Positions 15,101 through 23,429 of a stretch of 32,000 nt of DNA are shown in pieces (the first letter of the stretch is position 1; each line of letters starts with the position of its first letter). Source of the DNA: an uncultured Nitrospiraceae bacterium (lineage in GTDB: Bacteria; Nitrospirota; Thermodesulfovibrionia; Thermodesulfovibrionales; UBA6898); the NCBI GenBank assembly GCA_964463135.1, contig CAYXBA010000003.1:228012-260011 (forward strand). The letters run 5' to 3'. A program made the position numbers and the translations under genes. Under the pieces are notes generated by a model. The model did no database searches and was not told the DNA's origin. It saw nothing but the letters and a program-made list of their open reading frames with translations.

Positions 15101-17152
15101 TCAATGATGATGCCTCATGGCCATGGGCTGGCCGAGGATATAAGCGTTCAGGACCATCAGCAGAACAGCAAGCACTGCCATGGGTATAAATGCCCTGAGG
15201 GCCTTGTCGCCATAATGTTTTACCGCTATTCGGTACCCCGCGTACAGGGAAAAAATATTCATTACCAGGAAAATTGCCATCTGGAGCCAGAATATGGTTT
15301 CAGCTCCCATCAGCGGCGTGACTGACCAGTCAGGGCTTCCGATACCGGCAAGCATATTCGTCAACCTCTCCACTGCCGGGACGATCTCAGGACCTTCCCT
15401 GAAGAGGTGGTTTATATTATGAGCAAGGTGCATCGAGAGCCCGACCGGGATGAACATATACGCAAACTGAACAAATGTGCGCTTGAGGGAAAGCGGAGAT
15501 TCAGGGCCGGTAAGTTTCCTGACCACAAGACTGCTTATGAGGAGAAGCAGAGGGGCTATTACGAGCGACCCTGCAGTGAATACGACCAGGAACGTCGTCT
15601 TTTCTCGCGCAGCGTGTGAGATAATCCCGAGCATATCGAGCGGCAGGACCTTGCCGACCGCATCCATCCACCGATGCCACGGTTCTATCATCTCTCCGGT
15701 GACGACTATGGTAATGCCGACAAGCGCCATCACAAAGAGCGCCTCGTCAAGATATCCCTTTGAGGAGACCCAGAGGTCTTTTGCAAAGCTCCTGAACCGG
15801 ATGACGATATTGTCCTGGGAACAGGACTTTATGCATTCGCTGCAGAAATTGCAGTAGTTGTTTCTATCCAGTGTCATCGGGGTCACGAACATCGGACAGC
15901 CATGACTCGTATCGGTCCCTTTTATGCACTCTTTTACTTTGTGGCCCCTGCATACTTCAAGGCACTTGTTCCTGAGTTCGAGAGGGCTGAACATCGAATA
16001 TATCGCTATCAGGCCTCCTATAGGGCAGACATACCTGCAGAATGATCTGCCCTTGAAGATAAGTGCCATGCCGGCAGCGACAGCAAAAAACCCCAGAAGG
16101 AGATATGCTGTGAGGGCAGGTTTGTTCACAATACCACTATAACTGTCCCACCATGTCAGACCAAAGAATATGAAGCTTGAAAGGTAGATGCTTCTGAGCG
16201 GCTTGGGGAAATCTCTGTTCATGCTGATCAGACGCCCTATCCAGTCCTGTATTGCGCCAAAGGGACACATCATGCACCATATCCTGCCGATCAGGACAAA
16301 GGTAAAGATAATTGCTGCCCACCATATGGTCCACATCAGCAAGGTCGCTATATTTCTGTCACCCTGCTGAATATCGAACAGTCCTGCGCCGATTATGACC
16401 AGGAAAACTAAAAGAACGGGTATCTGAAAGACCGGCTGAAACCAGGCTGATCTAAAAAAACTCCGGAGCCATGGTATATCTAGCAGGTTCATTTTCTGGC
16501 CAGGTCCAAGACTGAGCGCTCTTCTCTGATTAATAATGACAAGCCCGAGAAGGCCGCTCAATATAATGAGCCCGATTACGACGATCATTCTGTACAGGGG
16601 AACTCGTGATCTTTCCTGATACGAGATCTTACCGCCGTATATCAGGGGTTCAGCAAAGGTCTTCCCCTGAAGTGACTTGATCGCAAGCGTAAATGCAAAA
16701 TCTCCCTTTTCTTCAATCGGGTATGCTGCTGAATACATGCCGGCCATCTGCCCGGGTTCAAGCTTCCTGAAGCTTGACAGGTCCGGCATCGACGTCATGG
16801 ATGACATCTCCATCGGCTCGCCAAAATCAAGTCCGCCACCCTGACCGCCGTTCCCGGATGACTGAGTCATCTGTTGTGTGGTATGGTCCATCGGCTGGTC
16901 CTTCTCAAGCTTTATATAGAGGTCAGCGCCATAGAGAGGCTCACCGGACATTGGATCAGCCAGGGATACGACAATTTGCTGAGCGCTTCCCTTTTGATAG
17001 TATTCGGGATCAAGCCGCAACGTTACATTCGCGCCAGCAATCCTAAAAGAATTTCCGATGGCAGTGTGGTCATGGCCTTCCATAGCAGAGGAATGCCTGC
17101 CGGATAACAACATGAGTGAAAATACCATAAGTGCTGAGATGACCTTTTTCAT
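15101..17152 (-). CDS. NapH/NosH/CcoG-like membrane polyferredoxin with N-terminal Met-rich periplasmic domain
   Basis: 683 aa. Signal peptide, then a periplasmic domain with HDH and the Met-rich tract GEPMEMSSMTSMPD. Multiple TM helices carry CxxCP motifs (IWCMMCPFGAIQDW, FCRYVCPIGG). Cytoplasmic ferredoxin motifs CNFCSECIKSCSQDN and CLEVC..HGCPMF. The C-terminus is AMRHHH. Confidence 0.75.
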   Translation of the reverse strand: MKKVISALMVFSLMLLSGRHSSAMEGHDHTAIGNSFRIAGANVTLRLDPEYYQKGSAQQIVVSLADPMSGEPLYGADLYIKLEKDQPMDHTTQQMTQSSGNGGQGGGLDFGEPMEMSSMTSMPDLSSFRKLEPGQMAGMYSAAYPIEEKGDFAFTLAIKSLQGKTFAEPLIYGGKISYQERSRVPLYRMIVVIGLIILSGLLGLVIINQRRALSLGPGQKMNLLDIPWLRSFFRSAWFQPVFQIPVLLVFLVIIGAGLFDIQQGDRNIATLLMWTIWWAAIIFTFVLIGRIWCMMCPFGAIQDWIGRLISMNRDFPKPLRSIYLSSFIFFGLTWWDSYSGIVNKPALTAYLLLGFFAVAAGMALIFKGRSFCRYVCPIGGLIAIYSMFSPLELRNKCLEVCRGHKVKECIKGTDTSHGCPMFVTPMTLDRNNYCNFCSECIKSCSQDNIVIRFRSFAKDLWVSSKGYLDEALFVMALVGITIVVTGEMIEPWHRWMDAVGKVLPLDMLGIISHAAREKTTFLVVFTAGSLVIAPLLLLISSLVVRKLTGPESPLSLKRTFVQFAYMFIPVGLSMHLAHNINHLFREGPEIVPAVERLTNMLAGIGSPDWSVTPLMGAETIFWLQMAIFLVMNIFSLYAGYRIAVKHYGDKALRAFIPMAVLAVLLMVLNAYILGQPMAMRHHH

Positions 17153-17721
17153 TTTTTCCTGAGTATCTCATTAATGATAAGAAGCCCTCTCCTAGCACCC
17201 GATGCTATGGCCTGCGCAGATCCGGCTGTGCCGACAGGTGCTGTTATATCGGTCCCGACCCTGATCGGGTCAGTTGCCTTCTTTCCCTCGAACTGCTTGA
17301 GAAAAGCCTGCTGACTTAACTTCGGCGACTCATTGTTCTCAAAGATATGTATTTTCGTGAGCTCGCCTTTACCGTTCACAACAAGGCCGATCTCGATCTT
17401 TCCGTTTTCACCAAGAGCGTCTACGAACAGGATCACCGCTGCCTTGTGTGGAGGATTGTCCGCATTGGTCTTGACGAGGGCAAAATAGATGGAAGGTTTC
17501 AAATCCTCTTCACGTAGCCCGCTTCCAAGAGACTTTTCTATCGCAACTCTCTGCTGATCAGTCACATAGAGATTCTTCTGCTCAAAGGAGACTGCCTGAG
17601 AGTAAAGGGCTTTCAATTTTTCGCCCGGCCAGACAAGGTCGTGGGCATATGATAATGAAGCATATAGACAGAGCATGATTGCTGCTGAACCTATTGTTGT
17701 TATTACTCTATCCCGTCTCAC
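17149..17721 (-). CDS. exported FMN_bind-like domain protein (NosR N-terminal-domain-like)
   Basis: 190 aa with a GTG start and a signal anchor. The C-terminal DITAPVGTAGSAQAIASGARRGL resembles the FMN-attachment stretch of NosR/NqrC/RnfG-type FMN_bind domains. ATGA overlap with the polyferredoxin gene. Confidence 0.45.
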   Translation of the reverse strand: MRRDRVITTIGSAAIMLCLYASLSYAHDLVWPGEKLKALYSQAVSFEQKNLYVTDQQRVAIEKSLGSGLREEDLKPSIYFALVKTNADNPPHKAAVILFVDALGENGKIEIGLVVNGKGELTKIHIFENNESPKLSQQAFLKQFEGKKATDPIRVGTDITAPVGTAGSAQAIASGARRGLLIINEILRKK

Positions 17722-17883
17722 TGAATTATCCTTTCGATTTCCGTTCCTTAGATAAATTTACTACAAAAGTTTGAAGAATCTTTGAACAAAAAGTGAAGAT
17801 ACCGTGAAACCTTCGCCCGATTAAATCTCGATAAAGTTCCCGTCGAGCGACGGTTCTTCTGCATCTTCAGTCTCCTAGTCGCC

Positions 17884-20130
17884 TCAAAGTTTCACTCTTC
17901 TCAGTCGGAGCGCGTTGCTGATAACCGAAACAGAACTGAAGCTCATGGCTGCAGCAGCAAATATCGGGCTGAGGAGGATGCCAAAAAAGGGATAGAGAAC
18001 ACCAGCGGCTATTGGCACACCAAGGGCATTGTACACAAAGGCAAAAAAGAGGTTCTGCTTGATATTCCGCATCGTTGCCCTGCTCAATCTTCTCGCCCGC
18101 ACGATACCCCGCAGGTCACCCTTCACCAGGGTAACGCCCGCACTCTGCATGGCCACGTCCGTCCCGGTACCCATAGCAATGCCGACATGCGCCTGTGCCA
18201 GGGCAGGCGCATCGTTGATGCCGTCACCGGCCATGGCAACGATCTTCCCCTGTGACTGCAGCTTCTTAACAATATCGGCCTTCTGGTCGGGCAGCACTTC
18301 GGCGATCACTTCATCTATGCCGAGTTTTTTACCCACCGCCTCTGCGGTAGTCTTACTGTCGCCGGTGATCATCACAACACGGATTCCTTCTTCATGAAGT
18401 TTCGCTATCGCCTCGGCAGTCGTTGCCTTTATCGGGTCCGCAACTCCGAGGAGGCCGGCAGCCTTTCCTTCCACAGCCACGAACATGGCGGTCTGACCCT
18501 CTTTGCGCATCTCCTCTGCTTTGTCCGGAAGTTCTCCCGGTGCAATCCCGAGTTCTTCGAGAAGCTTGCGGTTGCCAAGGGCTGTCTTCTTTCCGTCAAG
18601 AATGCCGGTTACCCCGCGTCCGGTAAGGGACTCAAAAGACTCAACCTTTAAAGGTGTAACGCCCCTTTCCTTTGCGCCTGCCACGATTGCTGCAGCCAGA
18701 GGGTGCTCACTCCCCATCTCGATGCTCGCAGCAAAGTGAAGCAGGGTCTTCTCCTCGAATCCGGATGCAGGGACCACATTCACCAGTTTCGGCTTTCCTT
18801 CGGTAAGGGTGCCGGTCTTGTCCGTCACCAGGGTGTCAACGGCCTTCATTACCTCGATAGCCTCTGCATTCTTAAAAAGGACCCCACCTGTTGCTCCCTT
18901 GCCCATCGCAACCATGATCGACATCGGCGTTGCCAGGCCGAGGGCGCAGGGGCAAGCAATGATCAGGACAGCTACCGCATTGACGAGTGCATACGCCATG
19001 CGCGGCTCAGGCCCGCTCCATGCCCAGACCGCAAAGGTGAGGAACGCGATACACACCACGAACTGGACAAAATAGCCGGCAACGATGTCTGCCAATTTCT
19101 GGATCGGTGCGCGGCTCCTCTGGGCCTCGGCAACCATATTGACAATCTGCGCCAGGAGCGTCTCGGCCCCGACCTTCTCTGCTTTCATTACCAGCGTGCC
19201 GGTACCGTTTACCGTAGCGCCGATCACCCGGTCCCCTGACTGCTTCATCACCGGGATCGGCTCACCTGAGATCATGGATTCATCCACGCTGCTTGATCCT
19301 TCAGTGACAGCGCCGTCAACAGGGACCTTTTCACCAGGCCGAACACGGAGGAGATCACCCGGCTTTATCTGTTCAAGAGGGACATCCTCTTCCTGACCGT
19401 TCATTATCCTACGCGCAGTCTTTGGGGCAAGCCCAAGCAGGGCTTTGATAGCTGCACCGGTCCTTGTTCTTGCCCTCAATTCCATCACCTGGCCGAGCAG
19501 CACGAGAGCGGTGATGACTGCTGCGGCTTCGAAATAGAGGCTGACTTCTCCCCCCTCACTGCGAAATGAAGATGGGAAAATACCGGGGAACAGAGCAGCC
19601 ACAACGCTATACAGATAGGCAACGCCGACGCCGATTCCGATAAGCGTAAACATGTTGGGGTTCCAGGTTATGACCGACTGCCAGCCCCTGACAAAGAAAG
19701 GCCATGCTCCCCAGAGCACAACAGGCGTTGCAAGGCCCAGTTCCAACCATTTACGTATTCCATGGGGCACCATGTCTATGATCGAGGAGAGGCCCGGAAT
19801 CATACGGCCCATGACGAGTATGACAAGCGGAATTGTGAGCACAACGCTGACCTTAAACCTTCGCGTCATGTCTATGAGTTCCGGATTTTTCTTCTCTTCA
19901 TCACTGACTGATCTTGGTTCGAGGGCCATGCCGCACTTTGGGCATGAGCCGGGGCTATCGCGTACGACTTCCGGATGCATCGGACAGGTCCACCCAGCCG
20001 TGGTCACACCCGCAGTCGGCGCAACCGGCTCAAGCGCCATGCCGCATTTAGGACAGAAGCTGGGACCAGCCTGTCTTACCTCAGGATGCATGGGACAGGT
20101 AAAGATGTCCTCTTCTTTTAACGTCTTCAT
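17884..20130 (-). CDS. copA: Cu(I)-translocating P1B-type ATPase
   Basis: 748 aa. Two N-terminal CPMHPEV...[10 protein letters not shown] metal-binding ribbons. Motifs: SGEP, TM CPC motif [32 protein letters not shown]. Confidence 0.95.
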   Translation of the reverse strand: MKTLKEEDIFTCPMHPEVRQAGPSFCPKCGMALEPVAPTAGVTTAGWTCPMHPEVVRDSPGSCPKCGMALEPRSVSDEEKKNPELIDMTRRFKVSVVLTIPLVILVMGRMIPGLSSIIDMVPHGIRKWLELGLATPVVLWGAWPFFVRGWQSVITWNPNMFTLIGIGVGVAYLYSVVAALFPGIFPSSFRSEGGEVSLYFEAAAVITALVLLGQVMELRARTRTGAAIKALLGLAPKTARRIMNGQEEDVPLEQIKPGDLLRVRPGEKVPVDGAVTEGSSSVDESMISGEPIPVMKQSGDRVIGATVNGTGTLVMKAEKVGAETLLAQIVNMVAEAQRSRAPIQKLADIVAGYFVQFVVCIAFLTFAVWAWSGPEPRMAYALVNAVAVLIIACPCALGLATPMSIMVAMGKGATGGVLFKNAEAIEVMKAVDTLVTDKTGTLTEGKPKLVNVVPASGFEEKTLLHFAASIEMGSEHPLAAAIVAGAKERGVTPLKVESFESLTGRGVTGILDGKKTALGNRKLLEELGIAPGELPDKAEEMRKEGQTAMFVAVEGKAAGLLGVADPIKATTAEAIAKLHEEGIRVVMITGDSKTTAEAVGKKLGIDEVIAEVLPDQKADIVKKLQSQGKIVAMAGDGINDAPALAQAHVGIAMGTGTDVAMQSAGVTLVKGDLRGIVRARRLSRATMRNIKQNLFFAFVYNALGVPIAAGVLYPFFGILLSPIFAAAAMSFSSVSVISNALRLRRVKL

Positions 20131-20169
20131 TTCTTAATGTTCAACCGCATGACTCTCATACTGTCAGCG

Positions 20170-20412
20170 TTATAACTTATCCTTGTTGCTCAAAAGCTCA
20201 TCTTTAATCCGCTCGTATTCTTCTCTGGATATTTCACCTTTTGCATATCTCTTCTTCAGGATATCAAGCGCAGTTTCATCCTTTTTATCTCCCCCTGCCA
20301 TCCTCTTGATGAGATATGCAATGCAGACAATGACCAGCAGCCAGAAAATCACCATAAACGGCCCGCCAAAACCCATTCCCCAACCCCAACTATAATCTCC
20401 CCAATGCATCAT
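20170..20412 (-). CDS. SHOCT-domain small membrane protein
   Basis: 80 aa. One TM helix (FMVIFWLLVIVCIAYLI) and the C-terminal SHOCT motif ALDILKKRYAKGEISREEYERIKDEL. A strong RBS (GGAGG) precedes the ATG. Confidence 0.7.
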   Translation of the reverse strand: MMHWGDYSWGWGMGFGGPFMVIFWLLVIVCIAYLIKRMAGGDKKDETALDILKKRYAKGEISREEYERIKDELLSNKDKL

Positions 20413-20779
20413 AATTGCACCTCCCTGAATGAGATATCTCTCTTGTTCCCTGAGAGCTAGGAAGCCCTGATTTCATTATACTCCCCAATAGCTTTACCCC
20501 CTAATTGGCCCACCTCAGAGACAACAAATACCACAGCCGGTTCATATTTTCTTCATATCGATCACCTAAACTGTTTACATGAACATAAACATCAGACAAC
20601 CGGCAGGCAGATGGACACTGTTTACCCTGATCCTGGCAGCTGTTAGTATTCTCGGGCTTGCAGGTGCATGGCTGTATGCCGATGCCGTTGTCAGCAGCTG
20701 GACTGCAGCGAAGAGATCTGTTCCTGCAGAGTCCTGTCCGACACCGAACGCTGCGTACACGAAAAAGGAGAGAAAGACC

Positions 20780-21454
20780 ATGACAACCGCGGTTGAGAAA
20801 TCTATGATCCCGCTTATTGACAGGACATTGCCCGCAAAGACGGAGACAGCGACCTTCGGGCTTGGCTGATTCTGGGGGCCTGACTCCCGGTTCGGGAGTA
20901 TCTCAGGAGTGATCAGGACCCGCGTCGGTTACAGCGGCGGGACAAAGCCAAACCCGACCTACAAGAGTCTCGGCGATCATACCGAGACGATAGAGATCGA
21001 TTTTGACCCGACCAAGATCACGTATGAACAGCTGCTGGAGATCTTCTGGAGCAGCCACGATCCGGCAGGATGGTCATGGGCAAAGCAGTACAGGAATGTC
21101 ATCTTTTATCACAACAAGATGCAGAGACAGTCTGCAGAAAGAACACGCGACCGCATCGCTGCGCAGACCGGCAAAAAGGTCCGCACCGATATCGAACCTG
21201 CAGCAACATTCTACCTGGCCGAGGACTATCACCAGAAGTTCAGGCTTCAGCAGGACCCTCTGCTTGCTGCAGAATATGATGCCATCTATCCGGACATAAA
21301 GAGCTTTGTCGATTCTACGGCAGTCAGTCGGGTCAACGGATACCTCGGCGGATACGGCAGTTCCGCCGGACTGAACAGGGAGATCGATGGTCTCGGCCTT
21401 TCAGACGCAGCAAAAAAACACCTGCAAGATATTGTGGCCGGTTCAGGCCGGTGA
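20780..21454 (+). CDS. msrA: peptide-methionine (S)-S-oxide reductase MsrA with TGA (20867-20869) at the catalytic Cys position (candidate selenoprotein)
   Basis: The track splits it into 20579-20869 and 20909-21454, which share one frame. The joined reading is ...TATFGLG-[TGA]-FWGPDSRFGSISGVIRTRVGYSGGTKPNPTYKSLGDHTETIEIDFDP..., i.e. the MsrA GCFWG signature with TGA in place of Cys. I prefer the start at ATG 20780 because of AAGGAG 9 nt upstream. The alternative ATG 20579 would add a TM-like N-terminus (RWTLFTLILAAVSILGLAGAWLY). The start is unresolved. Confidence 0.8.
20883..20899 (+). promoter_or_regulatory. candidate bacterial SECIS hairpin for TGA 20867-20869
   Basis: ACUCCCG-GUU-CGGGAGU is a perfect 7-bp stem starting 13 nt after the UGA. 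The apical region contains G and U residues. Confidence 0.6.
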
Positions 21455-21551
21455 TTCATTGACCCTGACAGCAGATCTTTCTTCCTGTTGAAAATCGGTC
21501 CCTGCCTTCATCTATTCTCGTCATGGTATTATATACATATCTTTTTCGAGG

Positions 21552-22235
21552 ATGACCTTGGAACATTTAAGATGCTGGGAATATAAGAAGTGCGGCAGGC
21601 AGCCTGACGGACCCCTGGCCCAGGAATTGGGTGTCTGTCCTGCAGCAGCCCTCACGCAGACAGAGTGCTGGCTCATCCCCGGCACGCAATGCGATGGTGA
21701 GGTGCAATTAACGATCACAGAGAAATTTGATACATGCATTATCTGTGATTATTACAACAAGATGCAGGAGTACAATGCCAAACGGCCGCGGTCCCGCTTT
21801 TTTCTTTTCGGTCAATATCTCTGCAGCCAGGGTTTTATAACCGATGACCAGATAATCCAGGCACGCTCCCTGCAGCTCAGGCACAATCAGAAGATAGGAG
21901 TGATCGCCAAAAACAGGGGCATGCTGACGGACGCTCAGATCCAGAGGATACTGATCATACAGGAAGAGACGCTCAAGAAATTCGGGGATCTGGCTGTTGA
22001 AATGGGTTTTCTGAGCGAAGCACAGGTGAGCGAACTGGTCCTTGAACAGGAGGACAACTATCTCTTTTTCGGCGAAGCACTTCTGCAGCTCGGCGCGATC
22101 TCCCAGGAGAATATGTTCATCCAGCTAAAGGCATATAATGCGATGAAGATCGCGAAACAGCTTGAACAGCAGAAGCTGAGGAACCAGCTCTCGGGGAATT
22201 TACAGCTTCCGCCGGAGATCGAGGAAGAATCATAA
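21552..22235 (+). CDS. Cys-rich 'two-CW' N-terminal module fused to four MshEN/GspE-N-like 24-residue repeats
   Basis: 227 aa. The N-terminus RCWEYKKCGR..GVCPAA..TECWLIPGTQCDGE..DTCIICDYY has 7 Cys and two CW dipeptides. It is followed by four repeats of xxGxxhhxxGhhxxxxhxxxhxxQ: LFGQYLCSQGFITDDQIIQARSLQ, KIGVIAKNRGMLTDAQIQRILIIQ, KFGDLAVEMGFLSEAQVSELVLEQ and FFGEALLQLGAISQENMFIQLKAY. Confidence 0.6.
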   Translation: MTLEHLRCWEYKKCGRQPDGPLAQELGVCPAAALTQTECWLIPGTQCDGEVQLTITEKFDTCIICDYYNKMQEYNAKRPRSRFFLFGQYLCSQGFITDDQIIQARSLQLRHNQKIGVIAKNRGMLTDAQIQRILIIQEETLKKFGDLAVEMGFLSEAQVSELVLEQEDNYLFFGEALLQLGAISQENMFIQLKAYNAMKIAKQLEQQKLRNQLSGNLQLPPEIEEES

Positions 22236-22298
22236 GCCGGCAGTCTTCCGCTCAGCCCGGACGGACGAGCAGCGCAAGAACTCCTTACACAAACTGCA

Positions 22299-23429
22299 TC
22301 ATTGTCTATTCAGGAATTGCTGCACCTGATCTCTGATCGTCAGATGGTCTACAGGGATGTTCGGCACATCCTTATTGCCCGGTAGCGCGAGGGCATGAAT
22401 GAACTTTAACCCTTTTTTATCCGATGACATGGCAGCGATCAACTGCTCACGCGTCGATGCCTTCACGCTATGACCGATGCCGAAGCCGCGTGCTACCAGA
22501 TCGAGGTCAACGCATGAGCCGGTCAGGGTCTTCTGACTGCCTGTTGAACCGTATGAGCTGTTATCGATCGCAAGGATCGTCAGATTTTCTGGTGAACAAT
22601 GGGCAGCGGTCGCCAGCACACCGGGATTCATAAGCAGGCTGCCATCACCATCGATCACCACGACCTCTTTCTTTGAACAGAGACTGATGCCGAGCCCGAT
22701 CGGCGATGCCATGCCCATGCTTCCCAGCATATAGAAATTGGACGGCTGATGCTTCAGCGCATAGAGTTCCTTTGATGGCCAGCCAAGGTTGCTGACAACT
22801 ACCCTGTTCTCGAAAAAAGGTGCGGCAATCTCAAGCAGTTCATAGCGCGTAAACTGCGGGGGCACGATCTCCTGCCGTTTTTCAGGAAGCATGCAGGCTA
22901 TGGGCCGCTGGTCCAGAACTGCAGTGCTTTTTGCTGACGAACCTTCCCATATGGCCGGGCTCAGGAGAAAGGCATGTATCTTGTTCTTCTGATAGACCCG
23001 TTTCAGGCTGCGCGCGATGACAGGAAAATCTTCCCGGGAACTGACGATAGTATGCGAGATGCCTGCCCCTTTCAGGATCTTCGGCAGCCCTTTGCCCATC
23101 GGGAATTGGGCAGCGATCTTCTCCTGATAGATCCCGCGCTGACTCACGAACAATGCAAGCGGCAGTTCATAAAACCCGGTCAGGGACAGAAGCGCATTGA
23201 TCATATTGCCGATCCCTGAGCTCTGGATGAACAGGGCAGGCCGCCTGCCTGCAAGCGCTGCCCCGGCGGCAATGCCGACGCCCTCCTCTTCCCGCGTGAG
23301 AGGAATATGGAAGAATTCCGAGGCCACCATTTCGAGCAGGCTCTTTATCTTCTCGCACGGCAGGGATGCTGTAAAGTCGATGCCTGCTGCCTTGAGTATG
23401 GATATCAGTTCTTCTTCAGGATTCTGCAT
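22299..23429 (-). CDS. fused ThDP-dependent decarboxylase of the sulfopyruvate (ComDE) / phosphonopyruvate decarboxylase family
   Basis: 376 aa. The N-terminal half is ComD-like (AAGIDFTASLPCEKIKSLL, GVGIAAGAALAG). The C-terminal half carries the ThDP motif IDGDGSLLMNPG...ILAIDNSSYGSTG. Sulfo- versus phosphono-specificity cannot be told by eye. The neighbouring gene favours sulfopyruvate. Confidence 0.65.
   Translation of the reverse strand: MQNPEEELISILKAAGIDFTASLPCEKIKSLLEMVASEFFHIPLTREEEGVGIAAGAALAGRRPALFIQSSGIGNMINALLSLTGFYELPLALFVSQRGIYQEKIAAQFPMGKGLPKILKGAGISHTIVSSREDFPVIARSLKRVYQKNKIHAFLLSPAIWEGSSAKSTAVLDQRPIACMLPEKRQEIVPPQFTRYELLEIAAPFFENRVVVSNLGWPSKELYALKHQPSNFYMLGSMGMASPIGLGISLCSKKEVVVIDGDGSLLMNPGVLATAAHCSPENLTILAIDNSSYGSTGSQKTLTGSCVDLDLVARGFGIGHSVKASTREQLIAAMSSDKKGLKFIHALALPGNKDVPNIPVDHLTIRDQVQQFLNRQ

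Noticed and set aside
18029-20137. Series of plus-strand ORFs antisense to copA (18029-18397, 18703-19239, 19085-19396, 19652-20137 and others)
   Set aside because: They are shadow ORFs of a 748-aa gene with every P-type ATPase motif intact, and have no motifs of their own.
20579-20779. Upstream ATG 20579 for msrA, which adds a TM-like anchor
   Set aside because: It is not adopted as the primary call because it has no Shine-Dalgarno sequence, whereas ATG 20780 has AAGGAG at ideal spacing. The hydrophobic stretch looks real enough that this remains an open alternative.
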